Shown: positions 1 to 10,326 of the stretch, one piece after another
Layout: the number at the start of each line of letters is the position of its first letter
Numbering within the stretch: position 1 is the first letter of the stretch
IMG/VR virus record: IMGVR_UViG_3300017911_001017
Span: 1-28,897 of that record
Reading direction: 5' to 3' (one strand)
Source: a virus
Taxonomy: Duplodnaviria; Caudoviricetes
Length of the DNA stretch: 28,897 nucleotides
Made by a program: the position numbers and the translations under genes
The notes under the pieces: generated by a model
Databases searched by the model: none
The model's input: only the letters and a program-made list of their open reading frames with translations
Told to the model about the DNA's origin: nothing

Positions 1-1360
1 ACCTATCTCTCCCTCTGTCTGCCACAGGAATACTATCATCATAATCTTCAGCACTATCAATTAGTTCTTCCTGTGCTTCTTGTTCACAATCGTATAGTTT
101 CATCCTTGATCTATCAATACCAATTACAAATCGTTTGAAGATTGTGGGGTCATTGTACCTGTTCTTTAATTGTTTGACAACCAACTGATCTAGTTCCTCT
201 AGTTCGTCACTGGTGATCAATGCAAACATCAAGTCTGCAGTTGCAGGCAAACCAAATGATTCAGAAGTATCTTCTAGTCCAATGTCTGTAGAACCATATC
301 CTGATCTTGTAGTCTGAGTTGCAGATACAATTGGTACATCATACTCCACTGCAAGACCCCTGAGATCTTCTGCAATACTTTTCACCAGTGTGTAAGAGTT
401 TGCACCTGAGCCAGGTCTGATTCTATGTGATGCACAAATGTTTAGATAGTCAATGAAGATAATATCAGGTTTGAAATCCTTCTTGATATCCAGTTCTTGT
501 AACAAGTGTCTGAAGTGACCAACATGAGCAGATGCAGTTGGATACTCTTTGACAATCAGTTTACCTTTTGTTTTGTTCTTAAGTTTCTCAATCTTCTTAT
601 CAAACATCTTCTTGGACATATCAGGAAGTTCTTTGATAGGTACGTTCAACGTGTTGGCATCAATACGTTCTGCAATTCTTTCCTCTGCCATTTCCATGGT
701 GATGTACAATGCATTCTTACCCATGGTCAATGCAGCTGATGCCATATGACACATGAACAATGATTTACCAACACCAGTACCAGCAAGACAAATATTGAGT
801 GTTTTGTTTGGTAGACCACCCTTAGTGATCTTGTTGAAGTATTCTAGATCAAACGGAATCTTCTCTTCTTCTGTATGATAGAAATCGAATCGTGCATCAG
901 AATCTTCCAATACATCGTGACCGATTTGAGTATCAAAAGACACGGAGAGTGCATCCTTCAAAAGCTCGGGTATTTCACCAGTAGATCGTTGTGACTTCTT
1001 GTCAATGACTTCGATGGAATCCATGACTGCAATGTAGATTGCTCTATCTTTGCACCACTGTTCCGTCTCATCAACCAACCAGTCTTGTGGACTTTCTTCT
1101 CCACTGAAACCCTTTACAATAGATTTTGAATCCTTGACTACATTCTCATTGACATTTGTCGAATTGTCAAGGTTTATGAGAAGTGCTTCTACTGTAGGGG
1201 GTTTGGTATACTTCTGAAAGTAATCGTATGTAAATTCATAGATTGTTCTTTCAGCAGTATCCGTGAAATACTCAGGCTTTAGAAAAGGAATACACTTCCG
1301 TGTAAACTCTTCATTCTGAATCAGATTCTTGAGTATCGTCTGTTCTATTCTCGTTTCCAT
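1..1360 (-). CDS. 41: T4 gp41-like replicative DnaB-family helicase (3' end runs off the window)
   Basis: Manual translation from ATG at 1360: [13 protein letters not shown]..., Walker [49 protein letters not shown]. Not in the ORF track because there is no stop in the window. Confidence 0.96.
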   Translation of the reverse strand, partial: METRIEQTILKNLIQNEEFTRKCIPFLKPEYFTDTAERTIYEFTYDYFQKYTKPPTVEALLINLDNSTNVNENVVKDSKSIVKGFSGEESPQDWLVDETEQWCKDRAIYIAVMDSIEVIDKKSQRSTGEIPELLKDALSVSFDTQIGHDVLEDSDARFDFYHTEEEKIPFDLEYFNKITKGGLPNKTLNICLAGTGVGKSLFMCHMASAALTMGKNALYITMEMAEERIAERIDANTLNVPIKELPDMSKKMFDKKIEKLKNKTKGKLIVKEYPTASAHVGHFRHLLQELDIKKDFKPDIIFIDYLNICASHRIRPGSGANSYTLVKSIAEDLRGLAVEYDVPIVSATQTTRSGYGSTDIGLEDTSESFGLPATADLMFALITSDELEELDQLVVKQLKNRYNDPTIFKRFVIGIDRSRMKLYDCEQEAQEELIDSAEDYDDSIPVADRGRDR

Positions 1361-2363
1361 ATTTAAAATAATCTCTCACTACAACCTCTAATCTTTCCAT
1401 TACATCTTCTGTAAAGTATTTCTCAGGGTTGTTGTTTATTGTTTTTGCAAATTCAGTTTTACCGTTTGGTAACTCTACCCTTGTAGATGATTTCTTAAAG
1501 ATACCAGCTGCAAGTGCAAGGTCTAGTAAACCGTAGTATCTATCCAAACCTGTTTCATAGTTTAGTCTGACATCAACCATCCTATTCTCAACTGTAAGTC
1601 TTGACTTTGCATTCTTACAGTGGATGATATTACCGATCACTTCTGTTCCATCTTTTTCTTTTTTCTTAGATAGGTAGATGATAGATGAAGCTGCATACTT
1701 CAATCCTGAACCACCACCCATTTCTTTTTGTGGGAACATAGAACCGATCACATCATAGGTGTGATTAGTCACTATCATAGGGACACCTGCCCTACCAAGT
1801 TTTAGAGTCAATACTCTGAATGCACCTTTAACTACTTGAGCTCGAGTCATGTCTCGGGTTTCTTTACCCTCTGCAGTATCCTCAATCTCTTTCGTTGTAG
1901 ACAACATACCCAATGAATCAAGACACATCATCATAGGTGGTCTCTTATCTTCGGGGGTTTCGAGATATTTGTCTAATATAGAAATTGCCTGTAGTCTGAA
2001 TTCTTGAACTGTTACCACAGGCACGATAACAATTCGGTTGGAATCGATTCCTCTACTTTCAATCATGTCTTTACTGATTGCAGATTCGGATTCGAAATAG
2101 ATTACTGCAGCTTCAGGATTATCTTCTAGAAACTGTTTACACATTCCCAGTGCAAAGTAAGTTTTACCAGTTGCAGATTCACCTGCGATTGCAGTGATTT
2201 TGTTTTTAGGTAGACCACCGTTTAGTGACCCACTCAATAGTGCATTGAAAACATAACTTCCTGTGTCCACAAAGGAATCTACGTCTCCAGCTGCAACACC
2301 TTCAGAAACAACACCTGCGTAGTCGTTTCCTGTTGCTTTAACTAAGTCTTTAATAAATGACAT
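1311..2363 (-). CDS. uvsX: UvsX RecA-like recombinase
   Basis: GESATGKT Walker [21 protein letters not shown]. Start set at ATG 2363 behind SD GAGAGGTG. Typical position between gp43 and gp41. Confidence 0.96.
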   Translation of the reverse strand: MSFIKDLVKATGNDYAGVVSEGVAAGDVDSFVDTGSYVFNALLSGSLNGGLPKNKITAIAGESATGKTYFALGMCKQFLEDNPEAAVIYFESESAISKDMIESRGIDSNRIVIVPVVTVQEFRLQAISILDKYLETPEDKRPPMMMCLDSLGMLSTTKEIEDTAEGKETRDMTRAQVVKGAFRVLTLKLGRAGVPMIVTNHTYDVIGSMFPQKEMGGGSGLKYAASSIIYLSKKKEKDGTEVIGNIIHCKNAKSRLTVENRMVDVRLNYETGLDRYYGLLDLALAAGIFKKSSTRVELPNGKTEFAKTINNNPEKYFTEDVMERLEVVVRDYFKYGNENRTDDTQESDSE

Positions 2364-2388
2364 ATTCACCTCTCATAATGATATAACC

Positions 2389-2417
2389 ATTATAGTATAT
2401 AGAGAGATTATTTACAA
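2389..2417 (-). promoter_or_regulatory. sigma70-type promoter for uvsX
   Basis: TTGTAA-N17-TATAAT on the minus strand. Confidence 0.7.
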
Positions 2418-2423
2418 GGGGGT

Positions 2424-2582
2424 TTATTGATTATTTTTTATATCTTTGATAGAATCATCAGTCTTGACATGTTCTTCCATCATCGATTTGATAGTAGAGA
2501 CCTGTGCCTCTAAATGGATTATGAATCCAAAAATGATTAGGATTATACCAATATAAAAACAATCCATTAATGATATAATCAT
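2424..2582 (-). CDS. small membrane protein, 52 aa
   Basis: Manual translation MIISLMDCFYIGIILIIFGFIIHLEAQVSTIKSMMEEHVKTDDSIKDIKNNQ; one TM helix; ATGA overlap with the upstream gene. Confidence 0.7.
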   Translation of the reverse strand: MIISLMDCFYIGIILIIFGFIIHLEAQVSTIKSMMEEHVKTDDSIKDIKNNQ

Positions 2583-3040
2583 GATACTTTGTCAATCTCT
2601 TGTTGAGTGACAACTCCTTCTTTAATTAAAATCTTTCTGTGTTCAAGATGTTTCTCTTGAATCAGTTCCTTGTTACCACCACCGTAATCTACAGCATGGT
2701 GATCATCAATCATTTGCTGATTGATAGAATACTCTACTTGATGAACTGGATGTCCATAATTGTGATAAACAAACAACTCACCTAGTATTCTACCAAACTT
2801 ACCTTTGTCATGTGATACAAGTGTTAAGACTTCTGCACTCTCGATAAGTTTCTTTAAATGTTTCTTTGAAGCTTTGCCAAAAAGTTTTTCGACCTTATCT
2901 CTAGTTCTTGACTCAGGGGTATCAATACCCATGAGACGTACTCTTTGTTTCTTGTAAGTCATTCCAAAACCTAAGTCGATATCTACGTCAACTGTGTCGC
3001 CATCAACCACTTTTGTTACTGTTACATTATATTCGTACAT
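2579..3040 (-). CDS. thermonuclease (staphylococcal nuclease-like) family protein
   Basis: VVDGDTVDV, RVRLMGIDTPE, GKFGRILG motifs. Confidence 0.88.
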   Translation of the reverse strand: MYEYNVTVTKVVDGDTVDVDIDLGFGMTYKKQRVRLMGIDTPESRTRDKVEKLFGKASKKHLKKLIESAEVLTLVSHDKGKFGRILGELFVYHNYGHPVHQVEYSINQQMIDDHHAVDYGGGNKELIQEKHLEHRKILIKEGVVTQQEIDKVS

Positions 3041-3045
3041 ATATC

Positions 3046-3052
3046 TATTTAT
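3046..3052 (-). promoter_or_regulatory. T4-like late promoter core
   Basis: ATAAATA 5 nt before the nuclease ATG. Confidence 0.55.
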
Positions 3053-5565
3053 CCAAAGAAAGAATCTAAACTAGCAACTGGTTCTACATTCCAACCAATA
3101 AGACTGATCACAACCTTAAGTGGGTCAACGAATGCTTTGTCGAACTGCATGTCATAGTCAATGAATCTGTGTAGATCAAACTCTCTAGGTAGAACATTCA
3201 TGAATGAGATAACATTCTCATTAATAGGGTTAGGTGTTGTTAGATAGCTGAATGCAATCTTCTCACCATTCTTGATCATTTCATATCGTCTGTCGATATT
3301 CTTTTTCTTAAGATGGTGATTGTACAACAAGGAACCACGAACATGAATCGGTGTGCCCTTAGAGTAAATGTTATTAGGACATGAGTATTGTACTAACCCT
3401 TTGCACCCTCTAGGGAATGCAACCTCTTCAGGTGGAAGATTACGAAACTCTTTACGAGCATTCTCTACGAAATCCCATAGGTCTTGTTCTGTACCACTCA
3501 TTACAACTTTGAATGCTTCAGTAAGTTTTTTCCTCACCCACTGAGGTGTTGAAGATTTTGCAGTTTCAATACCCATCATCTTGAGTTTTGGTTCTGCAAG
3601 TCTTACACCTTCGTTGTCATGTACGTTTAGAATGTATCGTTTCTTTGCAGTCCAAATACCACGGTCTGCAATAACCTCACGACCCATTTCCATTTTGTTC
3701 TTGAATGCATTTGTATATTCTGCAAGATCATCGAATCCATCAGCGAGTACCTTCTCAAACATACCTTCTGACTTGTTCAAGAATTCAATGATCTTACCTT
3801 TGTCTGTTTCTTCAGGAAGAACTTTCTGTACAAGTTTGTCCATGGTGATGTACACGGAGTCTGTATCCATTGCAATCATAAAGTCTTCACCTTCAGTTCC
3901 AAGGGTCTTGTTCATGAAATCATTGTTGGTTCTTTCTGACCACTGAATGATCAATTGACCACTGGTAGTGATTGCCTCTGCAAGATCGATAGAGAAGAAT
4001 GCAAAGTATTGATTTGCCAATGCACCATAAGCTGAGTTCAATGCAATCTTACGAACCATCTGATTATTATTTGCACGTTTGATCAATGTATCAAGTTCAT
4101 TCTTACGTTTACGATCTTTACAAACCTCACGTTCCTTTTGATACTCGATCATCTTTCTCTTCCATGCCTTCCTCTCATCGTAGAACTTCTCCATGAGTTC
4201 AGGTAGGAAACCTTGACGATCACGTTTGAACTTTGCACCGTTAGGACAGACAGCATTGTTCTGTTGTTTTAGATATGATAGATCACATTCTTTGTTGAGT
4301 AGACGTTCAATCGATACATCTTCTTTGTATTCCTTCACCATCTTCTCAGGACTGATATTGTACTGCATGATAATATGTGGATACAGTGAGTTCAAGTCAA
4401 ACGATACAACCCAGTTATGACCACCTACCAATGGTTCTTTAACATAGGCACCGATGATAGGTTTCATCTTATCGTTACCAGTCTTTAGTTTCTGTGGTGG
4501 TGTTTGGATTCCTTGTTCCTTCAGGAAGTTGTAGATAATGGTTTCCCAATACTTCACCATTCCAAAGGTGTCGTTATAATTACACTTTGCATTGTAACTC
4601 ATTGCCTGAACGAGTTCGATCAATCCAAGTTTCTCTTCTAGTTCTTCAACCAGTACAGCATCCTGTACGTTATACTCTAGAAACTTTGCATAGTCTTGTC
4701 GATACAATGTATGAAGACTTCCATACTCACTATAATCAAGTTTACCTTTTCCAAGTTCAACATTTGCAATGTGATCTAGTCGATAGGATTCTTGATTGAC
4801 AAAGGTATGCTTACGATACAGTTCAAGATAATCTAAAACATTCACACCGTATAGATTGAAGACTTGTTGTTTCTGATAACCTTGAGAAGTAAACTCACGA
4901 ACATCAGATTGATTCCATGGTGATAGTTTTTTGTGTTCGTCTTCACCAAGGATTCTGTCGATACGATTACACAGATATGTGATATCGAATGAGTTTACAT
5001 TCCAACCTGTGATGATATCAAAAGATTCTGTTCTCCAATACTTGATGAACTTCATCAAGAGGTTTGCCTCGTTGGTACACTCAACATAGATCACATCTGA
5101 TCTGTTGTGTTCCCATGGGCCGATACCAAAGACTACAGTTTCTTTTCCGAATGGTTTGATAGAGATTGCATTGACTTTCTCACCAGCAATCATAGGTTCA
5201 GGGAATCCATCTTCACACTCACACTCTATATCGAGTGATGCAACCTTGATCAGTTTAGGATTGTATTCAATGTCACCCTTGAACTTGTCAGCAATGTATG
5301 TGTAGATGTATCTGTCGTATCCATGGATTTCAAATCCTTCGACACCTTGATACCTTTCTCTGAATTTTCTGGCACCACCCATAGAGTTGAGGTTGACTAC
5401 CTCTAGATGTCTACCGTCTAATGCACGATAGGGAGTGTCACCTTTTTTGGATGGAATGAAGTGGTTAGGTCGGTAAGAAACAGCCATCTTGACTTGTTTC
5501 TTACCTTGATAACCTTTAACTAAGATTTTGTCGCGTGTACGACAGACATTTGTATAGAAATCCAT
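3049..5565 (-). CDS. 43: family B DNA polymerase (gp43)
   Basis: Exo DIECE and GWNVNSFD; pol motifs SFDLNSLYPHII, KIALNSAYG, DTDS, KKRY. Confidence 0.98.
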   Translation of the reverse strand: MDFYTNVCRTRDKILVKGYQGKKQVKMAVSYRPNHFIPSKKGDTPYRALDGRHLEVVNLNSMGGARKFRERYQGVEGFEIHGYDRYIYTYIADKFKGDIEYNPKLIKVASLDIECECEDGFPEPMIAGEKVNAISIKPFGKETVVFGIGPWEHNRSDVIYVECTNEANLLMKFIKYWRTESFDIITGWNVNSFDITYLCNRIDRILGEDEHKKLSPWNQSDVREFTSQGYQKQQVFNLYGVNVLDYLELYRKHTFVNQESYRLDHIANVELGKGKLDYSEYGSLHTLYRQDYAKFLEYNVQDAVLVEELEEKLGLIELVQAMSYNAKCNYNDTFGMVKYWETIIYNFLKEQGIQTPPQKLKTGNDKMKPIIGAYVKEPLVGGHNWVVSFDLNSLYPHIIMQYNISPEKMVKEYKEDVSIERLLNKECDLSYLKQQNNAVCPNGAKFKRDRQGFLPELMEKFYDERKAWKRKMIEYQKEREVCKDRKRKNELDTLIKRANNNQMVRKIALNSAYGALANQYFAFFSIDLAEAITTSGQLIIQWSERTNNDFMNKTLGTEGEDFMIAMDTDSVYITMDKLVQKVLPEETDKGKIIEFLNKSEGMFEKVLADGFDDLAEYTNAFKNKMEMGREVIADRGIWTAKKRYILNVHDNEGVRLAEPKLKMMGIETAKSSTPQWVRKKLTEAFKVVMSGTEQDLWDFVENARKEFRNLPPEEVAFPRGCKGLVQYSCPNNIYSKGTPIHVRGSLLYNHHLKKKNIDRRYEMIKNGEKIAFSYLTTPNPINENVISFMNVLPREFDLHRFIDYDMQFDKAFVDPLKVVISLIGWNVEPVASLDSFFG

Positions 5566-5571
5566 TATGTA

Positions 5572-5600
5572 ATTGTACTAAATTACTTGGATTCTGTCAA
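5572..5600 (-). promoter_or_regulatory. sigma70-type promoter for gp43 (probably leaderless transcript)
   Basis: TTGACA-N17-TACAAT-N6-ATG. Confidence 0.75.
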
Positions 5601-5810
5601 TGTGCTTCTTGTTGGATGCAGTAATTCTTTTACTGAGTTGAGTTTATCTTTTGCACTTGCAAGTTTTTCAACTTCTGATTCAAGTGCTTGAACGATATCA
5701 GGATGTTCACCGATACCAGTTGGATTACTTTGATAGACCATCGCGTTTGCAGAATGCACAGCGATATCCCCTTCTAATTTTTTTTCTAATGCTCTTAATA
5801 AGTCAGCCAT
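5583..5810 (-). CDS. hypothetical protein (helical hairpin with GIGEHPDI loop)
   Basis: Start re-set to MADLLRALEK at 5810 (GGAG upstream, overlapping the lysozyme stop). Confidence 0.75.
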   Translation of the reverse strand: MADLLRALEKKLEGDIAVHSANAMVYQSNPTGIGEHPDIVQALESEVEKLASAKDKLNSVKELLHPTRSTLTESK

Positions 5811-6264
5811 TATTAGTCTCCAATACCATGTTTTGTAATTCAACAGACCTACGACCAACTTGACCGTACCATCTACTATCTTCCATTTGATTTGACATTT
5901 CTGTCCAATCAGAAACAGAACATGCATATAACATGTTTCTGAATTTACCTAATCGATTTGCACCCAAGTTAAAACACATGTTTACAAGCACATGTTGAAT
6001 ACTCTCAGGTAGTAAGTCAAAGTCAATGTTGTTATTCTTACATACATGAATAGTTTCGTCAACATGCTTATCGAAATCTGATTCGTAGTATGCATCCACA
6101 ACTTCTTGACTCACTGGAGTTCCAGCTGGTTGTCCATGCTCTGGGTCTGTTGGTTGTATCAGATGACCGACTCCAAGTGTAAGATATCCTAGAGAATCCT
6201 CATAGATTTCTAGAACTTCACCTTCATGCCGTTTGATCTGTTCCTTCAATACTTCTTTGTTCAT
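5803..6264 (-). CDS. T4-type lysozyme (GH24), probable endolysin
   Basis: HEG...YEDSLGYLTLGVGHL catalytic E/D/T pattern; LVNMCFNLG; SRWYGQVGRR. Confidence 0.9.
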   Translation of the reverse strand: MNKEVLKEQIKRHEGEVLEIYEDSLGYLTLGVGHLIQPTDPEHGQPAGTPVSQEVVDAYYESDFDKHVDETIHVCKNNNIDFDLLPESIQHVLVNMCFNLGANRLGKFRNMLYACSVSDWTEMSNQMEDSRWYGQVGRRSVELQNMVLETNNG

Positions 6265-6544
6265 CGCGTTTTACTTGCTCCTCGATGAGTTCTACTAAGA
6301 TATCACCCATCAGTTTATTTAATTTATCGTTATTATTTAGGTCTTCCAAGTCTTCTTCTTTACTACCTTCAGGCAACCTTCTAATGGTTCTCTGAAAATT
6401 TAAATGAGGTTTACCATCTGCAAATTCAACTTTACCATATTGATAAACTAATCCTTTAAATTCACCATTGATAATTTCAATACCAGCAGATTCCTCATTA
6501 GGATTCTCTACGACTTGGAATACGTTAGCGAATAATCGTTTCAT
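6224..6544 (-). CDS. hypothetical protein
   Basis: ORF coupled to both neighbours; GLVYQYGKV and GDILVELIE motifs resemble hypotheticals of T4-like phages; start uncertain (6544-6559). Confidence 0.7.
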   Translation of the reverse strand: MKRLFANVFQVVENPNEESAGIEIINGEFKGLVYQYGKVEFADGKPHLNFQRTIRRLPEGSKEEDLEDLNNNDKLNKLMGDILVELIEEQVKRDEQRSIEGTDQTA

Positions 6545-7061
6545 ATATTTCATCCACAATTTTCAATGATGTAATTCTATCATCATTGTTTAGTACAGTC
6601 AGTTTCCCCATCAGATTAAAGTTAGTCTGTATGTTACTGATCTGACTTCTACGTCCCTGTAACCACTTCTCTGTTTGAGTGTCTTCTCGTTCAAGGTGTC
6701 TACGTTTCTCTTCTTTAGGACTTACTGTAAGTATGTATACACGGGTTTCATGTTCATCTAAACACCATTCGATATCTTCTGCTCTGAAGAATCTATCTCC
6801 TTCAATGATTACATGTTTATATTGTGCATTCATAGCATCAACAAATGCTCTGAATTTAGGAATTGCACCGTATGATAATTTGTCTGTACCACCAAAGGTT
6901 TCACCTTCAGGATATTGACCACATACTAAGATGTCACCATGTTCTTGACATTTGAACAGTGGGATAGGTTCTAGAAGTTTTGGTTCTTCTAACCTATCGA
7001 TTAACTGTCTCATGACTGTGGATTTACCTGAACAAGGTATCCCACCAATTAATATAATCAT
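6525..7061 (-). CDS. P-loop nucleotide-kinase-like protein (base-modification associated type)
   Basis: N-terminal GGIPCSGKST, FGGTDKLS, VIIEGDR; ATGA-coupled to the dioxygenase. Confidence 0.8.
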   Translation of the reverse strand: MIILIGGIPCSGKSTVMRQLIDRLEEPKLLEPIPLFKCQEHGDILVCGQYPEGETFGGTDKLSYGAIPKFRAFVDAMNAQYKHVIIEGDRFFRAEDIEWCLDEHETRVYILTVSPKEEKRRHLEREDTQTEKWLQGRRSQISNIQTNFNLMGKLTVLNNDDRITSLKIVDEIYETIIR

Positions 7062-8047
7062 AGGAAACTATCTAGACTCCCGTGTTTGTCTTTGTTGTGT
7101 GGCCCGATAGGATTCTCTGACTTACCAGCAATCCCTTTTGTTGCAACATGTTCATCACAATATGCAACACATGATAATCTTACACCATTGCCACTGATAG
7201 GTGTAACTCCATGTAGTTCGTTTGAATCTGCAATCACAACATCACCATCGTCAGCATCAATTGCAACTCCGTATCTCGGGAAACAAAGATATGCACCATC
7301 ATAGTCACCCACTCTGAATACGCACATTGTAGTCATACCAAACTCTAGGTCTTTACCATCAACGTGTGCAGACATCTTTGCTGTTCCTTCAGTGGAATAT
7401 CTGTTTGCAGATAAAGCTGTGATAGGAGCTCCCCCGATGTGGTACTTACTTTCAATATAATTGTCTGCAAAGGTTCTTTGCATTCTCCACACATCAGGGG
7501 CAGCTTTCTTTAATGCACCTTCATTCAATGGTGCAATCTGTTGAAGTGTCTCCCACTTCTGTTTGTTTGCTTTCTTTTCCATCCATCCACTAGGGCCAAT
7601 CATTCCAGTGAATCTACCTCTCTTATATCCGATCAATACAGAATGGATTGCATTTGCTTCTGCAATACGATTGAACTTACCATTCTTTTTAAGTGGATAG
7701 TAAGAGTTAGGTGTTCTCAGTTTGTAATGTACACCTTCGATCAATCCTTTCTTTTTCATTTCCTCATGATCGATAGGCCCAGCTGCATTTGCTCTCATAG
7801 TAGAGACATCATCGATGGAGAATAAAGTGTCTTTGATATCCAAACGATCTTTCATGTGACCTTTTACAATAGCTGCAAGTAAAGGTCTCTCACCTAGTGA
7901 TGCATGTGGTTTGTATACTTTGATAATGTCTGACCCACTCCCTCTAGAATGAACGACATCATTATATGCTGTTTCGTCTAGGAACTTACCGTTCCATTTA
8001 TCATAGGTCTCTTTAAACCCGTGATCTACTTTTGTAATGAATTCCAT
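7058..8047 (-). CDS. TET/JBP-family 2OG-Fe(II) dioxygenase
   Basis: HVD (HxD), GAYLCFPRYGVAID..GDVVIAD, distal HGVTPI and RLSCVAY; directly downstream of a C5 methyltransferase. Confidence 0.82.
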   Translation of the reverse strand: MEFITKVDHGFKETYDKWNGKFLDETAYNDVVHSRGSGSDIIKVYKPHASLGERPLLAAIVKGHMKDRLDIKDTLFSIDDVSTMRANAAGPIDHEEMKKKGLIEGVHYKLRTPNSYYPLKKNGKFNRIAEANAIHSVLIGYKRGRFTGMIGPSGWMEKKANKQKWETLQQIAPLNEGALKKAAPDVWRMQRTFADNYIESKYHIGGAPITALSANRYSTEGTAKMSAHVDGKDLEFGMTTMCVFRVGDYDGAYLCFPRYGVAIDADDGDVVIADSNELHGVTPISGNGVRLSCVAYCDEHVATKGIAGKSENPIGPHNKDKHGSLDSFL

Positions 8048-9279
8048 GGCTCCAAAATTTGTTTCTTAATTTCCTCTACAAGATAGTATAAACATAATGG
8101 TGCAACCATTAATCCTATCCTTGCACCTTTGTCATTGTAATCACCAGTCATCTGATAATCATTAGGTAATGACATGAGTCGTACCATTTCTTTAGGTGTA
8201 TATATTCTTTTACCATTATAATGGAAATGGTTACCACCCATAAATTTAACTTGACAACCCTGTTCTGTTAGAGAGTGTGCTGGTAAATGTTTTGGTACAA
8301 TCCTTGACATGTAGTAGGAATGTTTTTCATTCTCAGGTGGAATGTTTCCTAATCTAATGTTCTCTTGATACCAAGGTTTTACAATATGATCTCCAATAGA
8401 AACGTAAGCAAGATTCTCTTTGTCCTGTACCCCATCAATACCTTTACATGGTGTACAATGTTCTAGATCAGGGTCAGGATGTTTTTCAAAACCATGAACC
8501 CAATGACCTTTTGAAGAATCTTTCATTGCCTGTTCTAAGTATTTAGCATCTTCAATATTCTCTTCATCAGTTTCTAGATCATCGATTGCTTCACTGATCG
8601 TTGCATATTGATTTGATGGTTCAGGGAAAAGACTTCCTAGTGTCATCCATGGTCGACCAATTGCATCAAGTACATCATCACGAACCCCAACCATAAACAC
8701 ACGTTCTCTCTTCTGAGGTACACCGTGTTCATGACCTTTCATGATCTTCCATACAACTGAGTAACCTAGTGCTTCAAAGTCCCTCACCATTTTGTTTAGA
8801 TGATCTCTTGCATAGTCCATCGATAAACCTTTTACATTCTCACATACAATAACCTTTGGCATAAGATCACCAGCAATCCTGATCTGTTCCCATGTGAGGT
8901 CTTCGATATTCTGTTGTTTCATACCATATGCAATCTTCTCCTGTTCCCATCCTTCTCTCTTTGTTCCAGCCATAGAGAATGGAGGACAAGGTGGTGAACC
9001 GTCTAGTAAATCAAGTTCATATGGTTTGAGTCCAGTGAGTTCCATGATACCTTTACCAGTTACCTGTTTGATATCTTTACACTCATGAACTGTATTCGGA
9101 AAATTCTTTAGGTAAGTATCAACATGAATCTGTTGAAACTCATTCATGTATCTTACATCACCACCTGCGAGTTTATAACCACACGATGAACCACCACCGC
9201 CTGCAAAAAATGTGATATAAGAAAATTCTTTTTTGGAACTGCGTTCCTGTAGATCGTTTAGTGTATATTGAAAGTACAT
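8026..9279 (-). CDS. DNA (cytosine-5) methyltransferase
   Basis: FAGGGG (motif I), GSPPC (IV), ENVKG (VI), PQKRERVF (VIII). Confidence 0.93.
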   Translation of the reverse strand: MYFQYTLNDLQERSSKKEFSYITFFAGGGGSSCGYKLAGGDVRYMNEFQQIHVDTYLKNFPNTVHECKDIKQVTGKGIMELTGLKPYELDLLDGSPPCPPFSMAGTKREGWEQEKIAYGMKQQNIEDLTWEQIRIAGDLMPKVIVCENVKGLSMDYARDHLNKMVRDFEALGYSVVWKIMKGHEHGVPQKRERVFMVGVRDDVLDAIGRPWMTLGSLFPEPSNQYATISEAIDDLETDEENIEDAKYLEQAMKDSSKGHWVHGFEKHPDPDLEHCTPCKGIDGVQDKENLAYVSIGDHIVKPWYQENIRLGNIPPENEKHSYYMSRIVPKHLPAHSLTEQGCQVKFMGGNHFHYNGKRIYTPKEMVRLMSLPNDYQMTGDYNDKGARIGLMVAPLCLYYLVEEIKKQILEPWNSLQK

Positions 9280-9285
9280 AGAACT

Positions 9286-9315
9286 ATGATATCATATACC
9301 ATAGTCCTATGTAAA
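9286..9315 (-). promoter_or_regulatory. sigma70-type promoter for the methyltransferase operon (probably leaderless)
   Basis: TTTACA-N18-TATCAT with extended TG, then N6-ATG. Confidence 0.6.
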
Positions 9316-9329
9316 GATGGTTTTTGAAA

Positions 9330-9851
9330 TTAACCAACGAAGTCGTCACCCTCGTCCCATGAACAACCTGTTAGTCCACCAGCTTGTAATGCTTTAAGAG
9401 TTCTGAGAACTTCATCTGCATTCCTTCCAGTGTCTAATGCATTGATTGATGCATGTTGGATGACTCTATGTTTATCAAAGATAAATGTTGCACGATACGC
9501 AACACCTTCCTGTTCGTTGACGATACCTAATTCAGAAGATAATTTCAATCCACAGTCTGCTGCAAGAACGTGACTGATCTGTCCGATCAAATCATTATCT
9601 TTCTTCCATGCAAGTTTGCAGAATTCGTTATCACCTGAGATACCAACAACATTAGCATGATCTACTAACTTATCCATACCAGCAATTTCTGTTGGACAGA
9701 TGAAAGTAAAATCTTTTGGATAGAAGTACACAACAGACCAATCTTTTTTATGTGGTGTGAAATGTTCTTCGATCTCGACTCTAACAAAGTTATTGCCTGA
9801 GTCTACTCCCTGTAATGAAAAGGCAGGGAATTTGTCACCTACTGATAGCAT
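9330..9851 (-). CDS. ahpC: 2-Cys peroxiredoxin (AhpC/Prx1)
   Basis: YFYPKDFTFICPTEI active site, C-terminal GCSW; start re-set to MLSVGDKF behind SD AGGAG. Confidence 0.93.
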   Translation of the reverse strand: MLSVGDKFPAFSLQGVDSGNNFVRVEIEEHFTPHKKDWSVVYFYPKDFTFICPTEIAGMDKLVDHANVVGISGDNEFCKLAWKKDNDLIGQISHVLAADCGLKLSSELGIVNEQEGVAYRATFIFDKHRVIQHASINALDTGRNADEVLRTLKALQAGGLTGCSWDEGDDFVG

Positions 9852-9879
9852 AATATCTCCTATAATAGAATTGACTTCC

Positions 9880-9908
9880 ATTATAACAACAGAAGTCAAC
9901 TCTGTCTA
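9880..9908 (-). promoter_or_regulatory. sigma70-type promoter for the peroxiredoxin
   Basis: TAGACA-N17-TATAAT with extended TG; inverted repeat around the -10. Confidence 0.7.
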
Positions 9909-9915
9909 GGTGCTT

Positions 9916-10326
9916 TTAAGAAATTTTGATAGAGATAGGTTTATCTTCTTCAGGGACAACTTTCTCTAGTTTCACAGATAAGACACCATTCTTCAACTCT
10001 GCACCTTCGATTACAACATCGTCAGCAAGAGTCCATGATCTCTTAAAGGTTCTAGAAGCTAATCCCTTATGGACAAACTCTTTCTCATCATCCGATGACT
10101 TACCCTCAATGACTAAAAGATTCTTTTCTTTAGTAATCTCGATATCTTTTTTGTCAAACCCAGCACATGCAATTTCAACAATGAAATGTTCATTGTCTAC
10201 CTTGACTACATTGTAAGGTGGGTAATTGGATTGTGTCAGATTTGTGATTCTTTCTAGGTTGTCAAAGTATCTATCAAATCCGATAGCGAACGGTCTGAAT
10301 TGACCAAATACATCTAATTGCGTCAT
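9916..10326 (-). CDS. hsp20: small heat-shock protein Hsp20 (IbpA-like)
   Basis: IGFDR, NYPPYNVV, HKGLASRTF, NGVL, PEEDKP..I.I; start re-set to MTQLD behind SD AAGGAG. Confidence 0.95.
   Translation of the reverse strand: MTQLDVFGQFRPFAIGFDRYFDNLERITNLTQSNYPPYNVVKVDNEHFIVEIACAGFDKKDIEITKEKNLLVIEGKSSDDEKEFVHKGLASRTFKRSWTLADDVVIEGAELKNGVLSVKLEKVVPEEDKPISIKIS

Noticed and set aside
3850-3880. Polymerase motif C reading AMDTDS, not YxDTDS, as a sign of altered base usage
   Set aside because: Similar non-Tyr variants occur in marine T4-like gp43 proteins; not diagnostic
506-9088. Short plus-strand ORFs opposite gp41, gp43, kinase, TET and MTase
   Set aside because: Antisense shadows of well-supported minus-strand genes; no SD or motifs
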